DNA from: Marsupella aquatica | Lineage: Eukaryota > Plantae > Marchantiophyta | Assembly (NCBI GenBank): GCA_973895155.1 | Contig: OZ316893.1 | Location: forward strand, 13,408,359-13,472,358 | DNA: 64,000 nt | Direction of reading: 5' to 3' | Shown here: positions 1 to 12,443 of the stretch, in pieces | Layout: the number at the start of each line of letters is the position of its first letter | How positions within the stretch are numbered: position 1 is the stretch's first letter | Notes under the pieces: model-generated | The model's database searches: none | Told to the model about the DNA's origin: nothing | The model's input: only the letters and a program-made list of their open reading frames with translations | Position numbers and translations under genes: made by a program

Positions 1-2945
1 CTGCACTGAATCAGTACCCCAGTCAGAGTATCCCGGCAAACGAAAACTTGTTATTCATTTCGAATGCAACCAAGTATCCACATGCTTCACCCTCGGTAGA
101 CACGACCCCAGCTATGTCCACCGACTTGCTGGACTTCGACCAAAGCACTGGTAATTCTATGTCATCAGATTATATCGTGATGACTAAACCTAACTTGCCA
201 AATATCAAAACTATTGCCACTCAAGTTCCTTCCACGGAGGGTGACGAATCAGGTGGCTCTACGAGCACAACTGGAGCATCAGATCACTCTGTGTCCTATC
301 GGAAAAGCAGCGAGCTCTTTGGACAACTAACTATGACTCAGCAACTTGCGGAAAACGTGGCTTCCTGTGTGCTCGATCCAAGTCCTGTCAAAGTTGTATC
401 TCAAGCAGGTCAGGAGAATGTTCAAGAAAACGCATTGGGTCAAGATCGATCCTCATGGCCACTCGATCCAGCGCCAACTTTTTCACCGACACTCTGGGAA
501 AATGCTCTCGATGATGCTATGGTCACCAATTTTAAAGATGGAAATAATGACGAAAACCTTGAAGAAGAGGAGGAGGAATCTGCTCCAGAGGGCGCGGGGA
601 CCACAACTAGCATTGCCAAAGACGAAGAAATCGAGGTAGGATTTTCTTAACCATACAGGGTTTCCATAAACCTTCGAAACTGTGTTGGCGCATTTCTATT
701 GATGGTAAACGCTCGAGGGATACTGTGGATGTTAAGACTGACGTGAGTGTCGATGCAGAGAATTTTTCAGGAGCATCTGGATTTTGGATCCCCCGAGTCA
801 GAGAAAGAGAAGGAAGTCATTGTTGCAGACACTTTCGAATCAACTAAGGAAGACAGTAATGTGAAAAATGCTGCGGATGCTGCTGCCGCTGAGGCCATAG
901 CTCATGGCTTACAGGTCAGTTCTTGGCCGATCAGTATGTCCACCCGACGTTTTCTTACGTTCAGCAACTGAATTTTTTACCTCGGTGCTTTTGGAATATT
1001 CAAGGGAAGCCGTGAAATTTTAGATATCTGATATGGACTGGAATTGCAGACTATCAAGAATGCCGACCTGGAGGAGTTGCGAGAGTTGGGATCGGGTACA
1101 TTTGGCACTGTCTATCATGGGAAGTGGAGGGGTACAGACGTAGCTATTAAGCGCATCAAAGCTAGCTGTTTTGCGGGACGACCATCAGAGCAGGAGCGTC
1201 TGGTAAGACTCGGGGTCAATGAGAAAATTGCCCTTCGTTAGTCCCTGTAAGAAACATTGAAACTTTTGCTGATTCGGACTGCTCTCTTTGGGCATAAGAT
1301 GTGGTTGTGCGAAAAGGTTTATCTAGCCTCGTACTGAGAGTATGTCACTGCATGCAGATAGCTGACTTTTGGAGGGAAGCCTGCAACTTGGGAAACTTGC
1401 ATCACCCAAATGTGGTGGCTTTTTATGGTGTCGTTTCTGATGGTCCTGGTGGGACACTTGCCACTGTCACGGAGTACATGGTCAATGGTTCATTGAAACA
1501 AGTTTTGCAAAAGAAAGACAGGTATGAAACATTTGGCTCATTTCTCATAATTGACCTGTTTCTCATTTGCAACTCCATTAGTTCGACGGTGACTATCATT
1601 AGAACCCTCACGGACAACCCGCAGAACTTGTAGGTTTTAGGGCTTTTATTTGGTGACTGAGAATGCTGATCATGTTTGCTCTTGCAGAACAATTGATAGG
1701 AGGAAAAGATTGTTGATTGCCATGGATTCTGCCTTCGGAATGGAGTACTTGCATGAAAAGAATATTGTACACTTTGACTTGAAGTGTGAGAATTTGTTGG
1801 TCAACATGAGAGATCCTCACCGACCTATTTGCAAGGTAGCCTTCTTCTTTGAGCTTTCGAAAGCATAATCTCGTCACCGTTGTGCCCAGAATCATTGTTG
1901 TCGAGGGCCGACATGTTATAGATTCCAGTGCGGGTGTTTGCGGGAAATTGTTAGTCAAGGTCTTACTATTAGACGCACCTTCAGATTTGAAATGAGCTAC
2001 CATGTGGTGCCTGTTTGCGACGGATGGAGCTGTTGATCCCATTTGCATGGTTTGGATGTTTATTTCACCAGGTAGGGGATCTTGGGCTATCAAAAGTGAA
2101 GCATCAAACAATGGTCTCTGGAGGGGTTCGTGGGACTCTTCCATGGATGGCACCAGAGTTACTGAACGGCAGCAGCAGCATGGTATCTGAAAAGGTATGG
2201 AGTGGTTTTAATGTGTTTTGTCAGTTGGAAGTCGTTTGGTTGCAGTCAGATTCCACGAAGCATCCGTAATTGGTATCAGAAATAGTCTGGTGGACGAGAC
2301 GCCTCTCCTGGTTATACTGTGGCATAGATGAATTTGTCCAGGGTATTGTCACTGACTGCTTGTCTGTTTTCTTTACGGCAGGTTGATGTCTTCTCCTTTG
2401 GAATTGTCATGTGGGAGCTTCTGACTGGAGAGGAACCATATGCAAATATGCACTATGGGGCTATTATAGGTCAGGTTATACTGTGAAGCTTTCTCAATTG
2501 CATTTTGTGCTCCGAAGTTCGGTTCGTACAGCCCTGCTTGGTTGTCCTAGTCTCAACATAAGAGCTGGATTAGTTTGTTTTTGGGTTACGAATTGTTTTA
2601 ATGCCAATAGGATTGCAGCTTATTGTCTTTCAAGTTCATTGGCATTTGTTGTGTGGGCAATTTGGAAAGGTGTTCGTGTGGGGCACTGTATTTCCTTTGG
2701 ACGACAGATCTAAAGATGTCTGTGCCATGTTTGCAGGTGGCATTGTGAATAATACATTGCGTCCACCTATTCCAACCTGGTGTGATCCCGGATGGCGCGC
2801 CTTGATGGAACGGTGTTGGGCATCTGATCCGACGAGTAGACCATCTTTTTCGGAAATTGCTAGTGAATTGCGAGCCATGTCGGAGGCACTTAAGCCCAAG
2901 TCAGGGCCACTTTCACATGGGCAACCACCTTCGGTGCAAGCCTAG
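1..2945 (+). CDS. PRAF: Raf-like MAPKKK, group B4 (PRAF/MARK/RAF24-HCR1 type), 3' portion with kinase domain; 5' end lies outside the window
   Basis: Exons <1-635, 771-914, 1050-1202, 1358-1521, 1688-1835, 2072-2194, 2382-2469, 2737-2945 (TAG), all GT-AG with matching phase. Spliced protein has [94 protein letters not shown] and CW.SDP..RPSF, diagnostic of plant B4 Raf kinases. The symbol is by family resemblance only. Confidence 0.93.
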
Positions 2946-5900
2946 GGTTAAGAACAGCAATTGGTATAGTCCGCCCTTGGCTGGATAGGTCATGAGGCTA
3001 GCTATCAGTCAGAGAGGCTAGATTGGCAATCCTGGGGCTATCACATCTCTGGACAGAGGTGCGTGAGACAGCATGTGCCTTCACGGCTGTGAGCCCAGCC
3101 TTCGATACTTTCACGTGGAACAATTTTGTGGACCTGTATAAATTAGTTACAACTGTACGGCGAGGGTGCTTCAATGCTCGTGGTCCTTAATGCAACCCGA
3201 GATTAGTCGACATTGCTGCACCCATCCCTACATGATTGTGGCATTCATATTCACTGAAGGGTGATTTTAGCAGTTGGTATACAGAAGTTGCCGTGCAAGT
3301 AGGGGTCAGTTATTCCCAGCTTGTTTTCTTGGCCTTGGGACAAGGCTTCATAACGATATCTGTATATGATAGCTCAATTGAGCAAAATATTCTTCACATT
3401 GCTGTGAGAAGTATCGTGCCACTGATTGAGTTCTGCTTCAGGTAGAAATCATGCCTTCATTTGCAAATCAAACATGGATCGAGTGAGCGAACTGAATTTC
3501 TTATTTTTCATTATGTAGAAAGAACTGAAAGCAACTGCAAAAGCTTTTATATAGACCAAGTTCAGTACGCAGTTACCTTCTTCGCTATCAAATTCCTTTG
3601 CTTAGAATTTTTCCGACTTGTTTTCTGAGTTAACGTATGGATTGTGACAGGTGGATTGCGTGATGGAAAACGAGTGTCTTGCATTCCGGAGCTTGCGAAG
3701 CCCAGCTGGGTTTTTCCAGACAAAACGGGGGGGAGACCACTCTGCACCGAGTCGGGAGGACGCGTCCGTTACTAACCTAAGCACGAAATTAGGGTGCCGA
3801 CAATGTGGTAGCGATCAACGCAATGTGAGGGCCAATTCTTACGTATAAAATTGTGTATGTTCTTAAGTTACGCTGGGGATGTACGACTGCGGAACCAGCA
3901 GCTTTTCAAGGCGGTACCAGTTTGTAAAAAGCAGAGATGCATAATGTATACTAGTTCAAGAGTGTAGTTGTAGCGGTGAAATAGTTTTAATCTAGACTAG
4001 ACTGAATCTAGACTGGATGTAGACTGAAAGACTCTCCAGGAGGTCGGTCAAGTTTTGCTGACGCCATTATTTTTTTGATCATCCCATTCTTCGGGTTGAT
4101 ATAATTCATCTGGAAAGTAAACCAGCTGGTTTTGCCATGTCTTTCGCATGAGGGAATGCTGGACTGTGATCTCCATGCCTTCAATAGGTATTAGATACCT
4201 GTCTCAGTCACGAAACAATAGTAGTGTAGTACACCTTGAAAGTGAAGAGAAAACCTTTCTCGACTGGAAGGAACGTACGCAGAACTTTGGAGGCTCTGAG
4301 ATCTGATTAGGTCAATTTTGTAATCTGTTTAGTTAGAAAGGGCGGGTTTCCACTTCAACTGGTTCTAAGTAAACCCGTTCTAGATCCCTAGAAATTAAAT
4401 CGAGGGGACGAGTTTTGCGGGTTCCCGCTCGAAAAAGCAGTTTCTATTTGGCAATTGGTTTGCGAGGTAGCTAATGGTACTATGAATAAGTTTTGACCAA
4501 ATGAGAGGTGGGGCCTCCGGTCAGGAGGCATTGAAGGTGTGAGGTGAAGTATCCTCTGGTTTTCGCACTTTGTGTATCTTTGTGCACTTGTTTCCACATG
4601 CTTTTTATACGATGCTCGTTTTGTTGGTACGGTCCTTAGCGTGTTTGTGAAGCTCCTTGTCTCCAAGGGAAACGGGAGTCGTTTTGCAGAGTTGAATTTC
4701 CCTGTTACCCTTTGGCCATTTTCGGTGTTTCACTGTCGAATGACCTTGCCGCGAGAGTTGGCAGACTCTTTCTCGGTTCTTCTCACACGGCAAAGCTGGA
4801 ATCGACGTTTCCTGTCGCGATGACGGTGCTGCCTGGGATTGCAGAAGTGGTCGTGAGGGAGACTTAGATGTGATGCGTAACCTGCGCAGTGGTGCTAAAG
4901 TCTTGCTTTATAGCTCCATTTACGGTGGGCCAGGCTTTTTTACCCCTTTGGCTGATCCGGCAGCGACATGAGGGTAAATGAGTATTTACACCATTGATAT
5001 AAAGGGACCACCCTCTGGTTCAATCTGGAACAGTGATCTTTGTCACCTCTTTCTTTGGCGAACTAGGCCTTCCCATCTATCAGGTCACACTTCGTGTTTA
5101 ATCGTGGACTGATGGTTGCTTTCAGGGTGTGGGGCTCGCACATCCGATGCCGGGTCCATCGGAGAAGAGGTCTATGCTGTGAAGGAATCTATTCGTACAG
5201 TAGTAGCTTTTGAGAAGATTGAGCTCAAGTCGTAGTGAACCACAACGAATCTAATAGCTTGCAGATGATTAAACTGAATTCATAACCACAGGACGATATC
5301 GACATCCTGTGGGTTGTTGAATTTATGCCCAAGGGCCCTATCCAGGGCCAGGCAACTGATTCCAACTGTCATGCCCACGCTCTACAGTAGACAACTTTTA
5401 AGGCATCACATGATGACAGCGCCCTGAAAAGGAGCGAGGACTGCCAGCCGTAGTGGTTTTTCAGTCTGCCATGATCGTTTTGATGCATTTCACCAAAATC
5501 CATTTCATTGCGTTGTTTGTGAAATCGCCGGACTTTGTAGTGGACCAGTTACCTGATAAGACCGTCATTCTTCAGGCGTCCAGTTCGCATTTAAGGAGAT
5601 GATTTAGAGTGTGCCATGCTCTCCTGTCTTTTTCGGTTCCTGTTTCCTCTCATCCTCTCGGGTGTTCCGTGTGAATATAGATACACACCGAGACTAACAC
5701 CGGGCACATCCCTTCCGTTGGGTGCATGGCATGCTATACTGCATTCTTTTGTAGCCCTCGTGCCCTCCATACTCGGAAACCATGGTTGACAATCCAAGAG
5801 AACAGAACAGCAGTATTTTCTGCACAGGTCATCAATTCTGTGGCTGATGAATACCAAAAGTAAACGATGTAGTTGACTGTCCTTCTAGGCTTACTCGCTA

Positions 5901-6739
5901 TTACTGTCTGTTTCGAATTCCCAGGTTCTGGTGCTTGGATACCTTCCAGGTGATGAAGCACTTTTGCAGACGACGTTACGGATCTGCTAACAACGAACGT
6001 GCACAAAGCTACTCCCAAACGTCACGAGCAATCCTGTAGCTCGATCCGTCTTTCATCTTAGAACCGTAGCCACGGAAATGCACCCAGTCTCCCACCACCA
6101 CTCCCACCACCACTGATGAAACATGGTGATCTGAGTTCTGGGGATGGGACTGTCCCTTGAAAGTTCAGAATCACCGGATGTCTAGAGCCGTTCCACACAA
6201 TCTACTCCTGGACCAGCTGCTGACAGTTATTAGAGTTATCCGGAAATGAATGAATAGGAGGTGAATCGACCAGTTAAATGGTCAAAATACAGATAGCTTT
6301 GTGCCGCTGTGACCTACTTGGACATGAAATAGATGCTGAAACTCCTTTTATCCATCCTGAAGTGCAAATGGCTAACTCGGCGTGAGTTTGGTAACAACTA
6401 CCCAGCCACAAGTGTTAACTCACGACCCCTAACATCAACACTATGCTAGCAAATTTAGTCCCTAGCTAGCCAAAACTGGTTTGGAATATATCAACTCTTT
6501 TATCATTTTTAACTCAACTTTGACTCCTACGTTGACTAGCAAAACTTGTCAGCCATATGGGGTCTTAGAAATGTACCATAAATATTGAAGTCAGGCTTAC
6601 ATCACACAATAGCTCCCTGTGGGCCAAACTGTTTAACAGTGTAGGGCACATTGTTTCGATTGTACAGTCTCTCAATCACGGATCTCACCATCTCAACCAC
6701 AACCTCAACATGTTGAACCTCTCCTTTTGTGATAATTCT

Positions 6740-7150
6740 ACCTATGAACTTCTACTTTCATTGGTTCTTACATAAAATAAATAAATTAAAAATAGTCATG
6801 TGCACTCTTGTATTTCATTGGCTCTTACACCAAAAACTGATACCAAAATGGTTATGCGCACTCTACTCACTTTTATTCTTATTTGCTCTTACACCCAAAT
6901 CATACCAGAATGGTCATGCGCACCCTAAACTATAGTCATTGATTGGCTGTTACACCATAAAAAATGAGAATTTGATCTGCACTCTACTGATTTCTATTTT
7001 CATTGGCTATTACACCCAAAACATACCAGAATTTTCATTGGCAGTTACACCCCCCAAAAATGAGAATGCTATCTGCACTCTGCTCTCTGCTCTCTTCTTT
7101 TTTCATTGGCTCTTACACCCAAAACCTAGCATAATGGTCATGTGCACATA
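6740..7150. repeat. Degenerate tandem repeat, about 55-60 bp unit, about 7 copies
   Basis: Recurring core TTCATTGGCT(C/A)TTACACC(C/A)AAA...ATGGTCATG(C/T)GCACTCT at roughly regular spacing. Confidence 0.75.
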
Positions 7151-10028
7151 TGTGTGGCCTTTGTGTGCACTCTATACAAAACTACTTGCAAGTCCAACAA
7201 CTTAAAGAAGGCTTTATGCTTGAACCTAATCAGGATACGGTTCTTTGCATGCCTAGCTTTCCTCTGAAGACAAGAGATCTGCTTGCCTGTGCATCGGAAA
7301 CAATTTAGTGGGTCATCATTTGGGTAAGCGTGCTGTTGATGCTGCACTCAACAACACCTCCACACCCACACTTGCTATTGATTTCCCTCCCGGCCGGTGG
7401 ACTATGGTCACTAGAATGGCTGCAGCCTGTCTCTTGATGCACACCTCCAACAGTATCTTACTTTGCAGTGCACTTATCTGGCTTAATGTTCCGGGAGATG
7501 TGTGAACACACTGAGTTTGTTTTCAGCTACCAAACATAAGACAAATCTGAGTTGGGGTCCAAGCACCCTAAAGCCCTTTCATGAGGGCCAAGTCCCTGAC
7601 AAAGCACCTCAGACAGGCCTGCCCTTGGGCTTCATTGAGGACACTGCCCTCGTGAGAGGGCTTTACTGTACAATAACATAATTGCAAAAAAGTGGAACTG
7701 CCTATCCTGCCTCCCAAAGACGTTCCAAAATTCCTGAAAATGCTTAAGTTGAAGTAGTTCATATGGTGCCTTCTCATTGATTAGGTGAATAGGGGGTGGG
7801 TTTAACTTTCCGTGTTATTTCACAGTTCCCTTGCTAGAGCGGTGCTGTCCGTACCAACAAGTTTTCACCTAACCAACGTCCTTTGTGCATAATTATATGT
7901 TTACTTCATTCATGTCGAATGACAGTATCGAGCCTCGCACGCTCCTTGCCCGTGGCCATCCCCATCCGCTGCCCGAGAAAATGCGTGATTACAAATTTTT
8001 CTCGAAATGTCAAAGGAACTGAATGAACCCCACTTTTGGGTGGGGTTTGTTACAAAAGAGGAGTGATGTGCCTGGCAGAATTTGAGATCTGCACCTGCTG
8101 GTACCCAACTCTGCTCATATACCACTGAGAGAGCATCTGGTGCACAGAAGTGAAGTCTTGTTTTGTCAAATTATCTCAATACTATGGTCGGGCAATGCTG
8201 CAGGCAACGGGCAGTGGTCTCTCTAACCGTACGGATTTCAGCATTAATATGCATTGATACTGCCAATCTCTCTAAATATGCAATGCAGAACCTTCCGTGC
8301 ATAAACATTCCAAGTTGCAGTCTGCCTGAACATTACCTTTCTCAATTTTATTTTTACTGTTTTCCCGGAAATAAACTGCGCTTCTGACAACATAGCCAGC
8401 CTCAGTGGGCAGACTACCCAATTTTTTCCCTTACTAGTGAAGGGTTATCACAAGGGAATGAGGGATATGCTTGATGGACCACTTGCCATAGAAACTTCCT
8501 TGATCACTCACACAAAACTTATGTTACAAACTCAACCCCCTCTGTTATTTCAACAACAACGTGCACATGTGTAACATGCATCTAATATAAAAATAATAGA
8601 CACTAGAGATATATGATTCACCTCTCTAGAATCTATTTCATCCTTGCTAATCACATGAGTTTTATTGAACTCTAAGCCCTTTGCCTCATCCAGTCTCCTT
8701 ACCTGCTAGATGACTTTATAACAATGAGATTTGATTTCACTCACTAAGTATTGGTAGTGAATACGAAACAATGCACATCTTACTGTAATTAGACATCTTA
8801 TTACGAGTAGACTAATTATTATATTATAATTACATAATAACTCTTACTCAAAAAATAAAAATTTCTTCCAACTGGCTGATGGAAGAGAAAAGACAGAAGT
8901 TACAAAACGTTTATAGAAACATGGAATCCAGGGAATTTTCGCTAATAACAAAACTGCTGTCCGTGAGCACCATCAAAATCCACTGGGGCATCACTTTCCC
9001 ATATTTAGCCAATAATGTTATGCTATCTATTTCCTACTCCCACAATTTATGGCCCAATGGCGGTTTACTGGTATGGGTCACTTTGGCGGAGACTCGACTA
9101 AGTCGTGCTTATGTCGTCTTCCCATTCGCCCAGGATTTGCCCAGCTCAGTTGGCAAGCTCCCGCACCGCCAACTGGGCGCTTCCTACTGGATTAGCCGTT
9201 CTGACAAATTTAGCCGCGACATACGTTGCGGATAGAATGGCCGAGTCTGGACATATAACACGTGTCATCCAGACAGGGCTGCTATTTCTCCTCACAATTG
9301 GGTATTGTTTTCTCCCACGTGCATTTATTTCCCTCATTGGACAGAAATGTGAGAAATCATCCGGGCTCGGGGAATCGGGTGAAGATTCTTTGGGACCCGT
9401 CTGCCCGAGTTCCGACATGGAGCTGCCTCTGTAGCAGGTGGGGCTGCCCGGGGGGTGCCCGGTGTATTCTGCGGTCACTTCAGCGACGGGTGGCACGAAT
9501 TTGAAAGAAGTTGTAAACGGAACCAGCCACTCCGGTTTTGGGGGGATGCCTGCCCGGGTGCCCGAGCTCACCAGAGTTTGGCGGGCTTTTGTTTTGACCA
9601 CGGCCATTCGGCGCAATGAGTGGGTGCACGACCACCATGGAATTTATATTGAGTGAGTTACCACAACAGCCCGGGCAGGTCGGGAACAAGTCTTCGACCA
9701 GAGGAAGAGGATTGGGCATGGATGCCCACTTGCCCAGCATGGCTGTAATAATAATGAAGAAGGATAAAAACAAATTTACAATATCCATCGAAGACCCACA
9801 TGTGAACGTGTCGTCAAACCTGTCAAGCTGAATTCTTTTTGGGGGCCCTGAGGTGCCCGGACACGACCTGATCCAACCCTCCATGAACGAAGACAACAAA
9901 CCTGTCAGAACTGCTTCCGGATGAAAAAACCAGGTTTCTCGTTGGGATGCCCTCACTGCGGAATACCGGGTTGAAAAACACAGACGGGCAGCTGTCGGGC
10001 AGGGTTAAGAGCTTTCCTGGGTACCATT

Positions 10029-10303
10029 CAGCTTATTTTTTAAGGATTTCACTTTTTAGCCACAGTGGCGAATGTAAAGTGTGTAAGGGAGAAATGCTCA
10101 GAAGATTCCCTATTTATTTATTTTCCTGACAGTCAGATCTCCCTAGATTTAAGGCAGACCATTAGATTCTGGCTACTGGGCCTGGGATTAGGTGAAACAC
10201 TGGCTAATGAGCTAGCAAAATAGTAGCTAATTTTCGCCAAAAGTGGTGAAGGATTTTTGGGGAGGTGAAATCTAGCAAAGTTTCGCCACTAAAAAAAACA
10301 CTG
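10029..10303. mobile_element. hAT-type MITE (family copy 1)
   Basis: Ends CAG...CACTG; flanked by 8-bp GTACCATT (10021-10028) and CTACCATT (10304-10311); aligns along its length to 47563-47811. Confidence 0.8.
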
Positions 10304-11199
10304 CTACCATTTGCTTTAGTTACTCAGGTTCCTCAACTTCACTCCTTACAAGACCCAGCCAGCCATGGGAGACTCTAGGGAGACTTTCATTAATTAAGTG
10401 TCCGGCACCAGATAACAAAAAGCTTTGCAGTAATTGAAGGACTACTATTTCCTATAGTGCGATCCAAAAATATGATGATTGTAGGTTTGTTTCCATTTGG
10501 TTTCATGTTCCTTTTTGGTGATGCCATTTGGTGTAGTTTTAGTTGCTGGTTTCTTTCCTGGAGATGGTTAATCCTCCGGGATTTTTGCCCAGGTCCCAGT
10601 TGTTTAGGGCTTGGCTGTAGCTGGTTCTCTCAGTGTGATCTTGGGTTGAGTTGGCCCTTGGATTGGCGTTCTAGTTGTTAGTCTGAGTGGATGATGTATT
10701 TGTTACTTTTCACTCGTGTTCCTGACTTTTGCCCCTGTCCCCATGTCCGGATGTGTCTGGTCTCGAGGTGACTTCTGGTCCTTGACCGCACGTGGTCCAG
10801 CCATTTTACTCCCATTTTTTACTGGGTTTTCACTTGTCAAATAAGTACAGTATTCCCTTCATAAAAAATAAAAATAAAATCATTTCTAGAATATAGTGAG
10901 ATTTACCTACCAAAAAATAATCAATGAAAATGGGGTAACGAATATTTTTGGCATCTTTTGGGTTTAACACAAGGTAACATTTGCCACCCACAAAAAACTA
11001 GTTAAATAATATGCTGGCCAGGGGTCAGGAGTGGGAGTCTCCCCAATTTGCACGGGTTTGGTGTAGTTGGGCAATGCATGCAATATATATGTAATGTTGT
11101 AGGACACTACACAAAAGCGCTAACAGGATGCAAAATGTGAAGGAAAAGCAAATGGTTTTGAGTTGTGCATAGTTTGTTGTGAAAGCCATTTCCAAACAC

Positions 11200-12240
11200 C
11201 ATGTTTATTTGCACACAAATCTGTCCGCCTAAATCCCTTCAAGATGTTTCTCTTGTATTTGTCTATGAAAGAGAATGTCCATCAAAGCCAAATAATATAC
11301 AAACTTTTTACAGAAAAGTGCTAAACAGAGTACAAAAGAATAAACAAAAGAGGTCCCAAGTGGAAAAACCAAACGCAAAAGAAGTGAGCAAAGGAAACCC
11401 CTAAAAACCAAGAAAGAGAAACTAAAACTAATGCAAATGAACCGAGGTCCTCATTATTCCTAGCAAATGTGACAAAAAGCTAATGGTCCACATCAAGTGT
11501 CGAAACGAAATCGGCAAGTGGGATTGGAATGTCCTCTAGGGGGGGCTAGCCGGTGCGGAGGCACACTAGCACCCACTGTTAGAGATTGACGATAGATGGC
11601 CCAAGCTTGAGCATGTTGTAAGGTGAATGAAATGCATTGGCAAAAGTGCGTGGTCAAAATAGAAAGCAGGGGTCCAGTGTGACCCATCCGGCCATGAACA
11701 TCCCGAGCAGCTTGTCGAAGAAGCCTTTCGAACTGATGATGGAGACGCCCAAATATCTCAAGAGCGAGGGGGAGGAAGCTATTAAATGAAGCTTGTGCAG
11801 CATATTTGGCTTCCTTTGTTGTTGTCGCTCGTGATGTTGCTGCCCCTGCCGTTGTTGCCGCTATCCCAATGATGTCTTGGCGCAATGGGTTTGCCACCAC
11901 AACCTCTGCCAAATACGTTGACCCTTCACGGACCATGGTAAGATCCACCCGTAACCGCTGTGATAGAAGACCAAGTAACTCGAGCACCACCTCCTGCCGC
12001 ACGTAGACCAAAGAGCCAGTGAGAACCTGAGTAGTTTTATCTCTCACAACGTTGTGAACAAAAATTGTTTTGCCTCCCAAACTGCACCGAAGAAGATGAA
12101 CACATGTGGCATCACAAGGTTTCCCACAAGTGCAAAAAGGAAGTAAACCAGCAAGAAGTGGGTGGGGCAACCTCATACGAAGACGCATGGTTGTTGAGAA
12201 CTCACAGGCTGTGCAATCCAATGTGGATTTCGATTTGTCT
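11200..12240 (-). mobile_element. 5'-truncated non-LTR retrotransposon with restriction-like endonuclease (CRE/R2-group like), C-terminal ORF remnant plus 3' UTR
   Basis: ORF 11493-12221 has RLRMRLP, a CxC-x7-H-x3-C zinc knuckle (CTCGKPCDATCVHLLRC) followed by HNVVRD, R-x-D and E-V-V-V motifs, KEAKY, FLPLALEIFGRL and ISFTLQ..QA.AI, the order typical of RLE-type non-LTR elements. Boundaries are approximate. Confidence 0.75.
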
Positions 12241-12241
12241 T

Positions 12242-12443
12242 CAAATGTAAAAGAAAGGTGTTAATACCAAATGTAACCAAAATGAGTTTTCTTTCTAGAT
12301 TTAAATATACTAACTCGTTGCTGCTAGGCAACAAAAAACTGGCTAATGAAAGAAGACAAAAAATCTTCGCATTTTGCTAAAAATATTAAGAAGGCCTTCC
12401 ATTGACGTGAAATCGACTGAATTTTCGCCACTACAAAAAACTG
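12242..12443. mobile_element. Degenerate copy of the same hAT-type MITE family
   Basis: Shares CTAGATTTAA, CTGGCTAATGA and the terminus TTTCGCCACTACAAAAAACTG with the 10029 and 47563 copies. Confidence 0.55.

Noticed and set aside
5409-5480. Possible C/D snoRNA (ATGATGA ... CTGA)
   Set aside because: No properly placed terminal D box or stem, and no recognisable rRNA guide.
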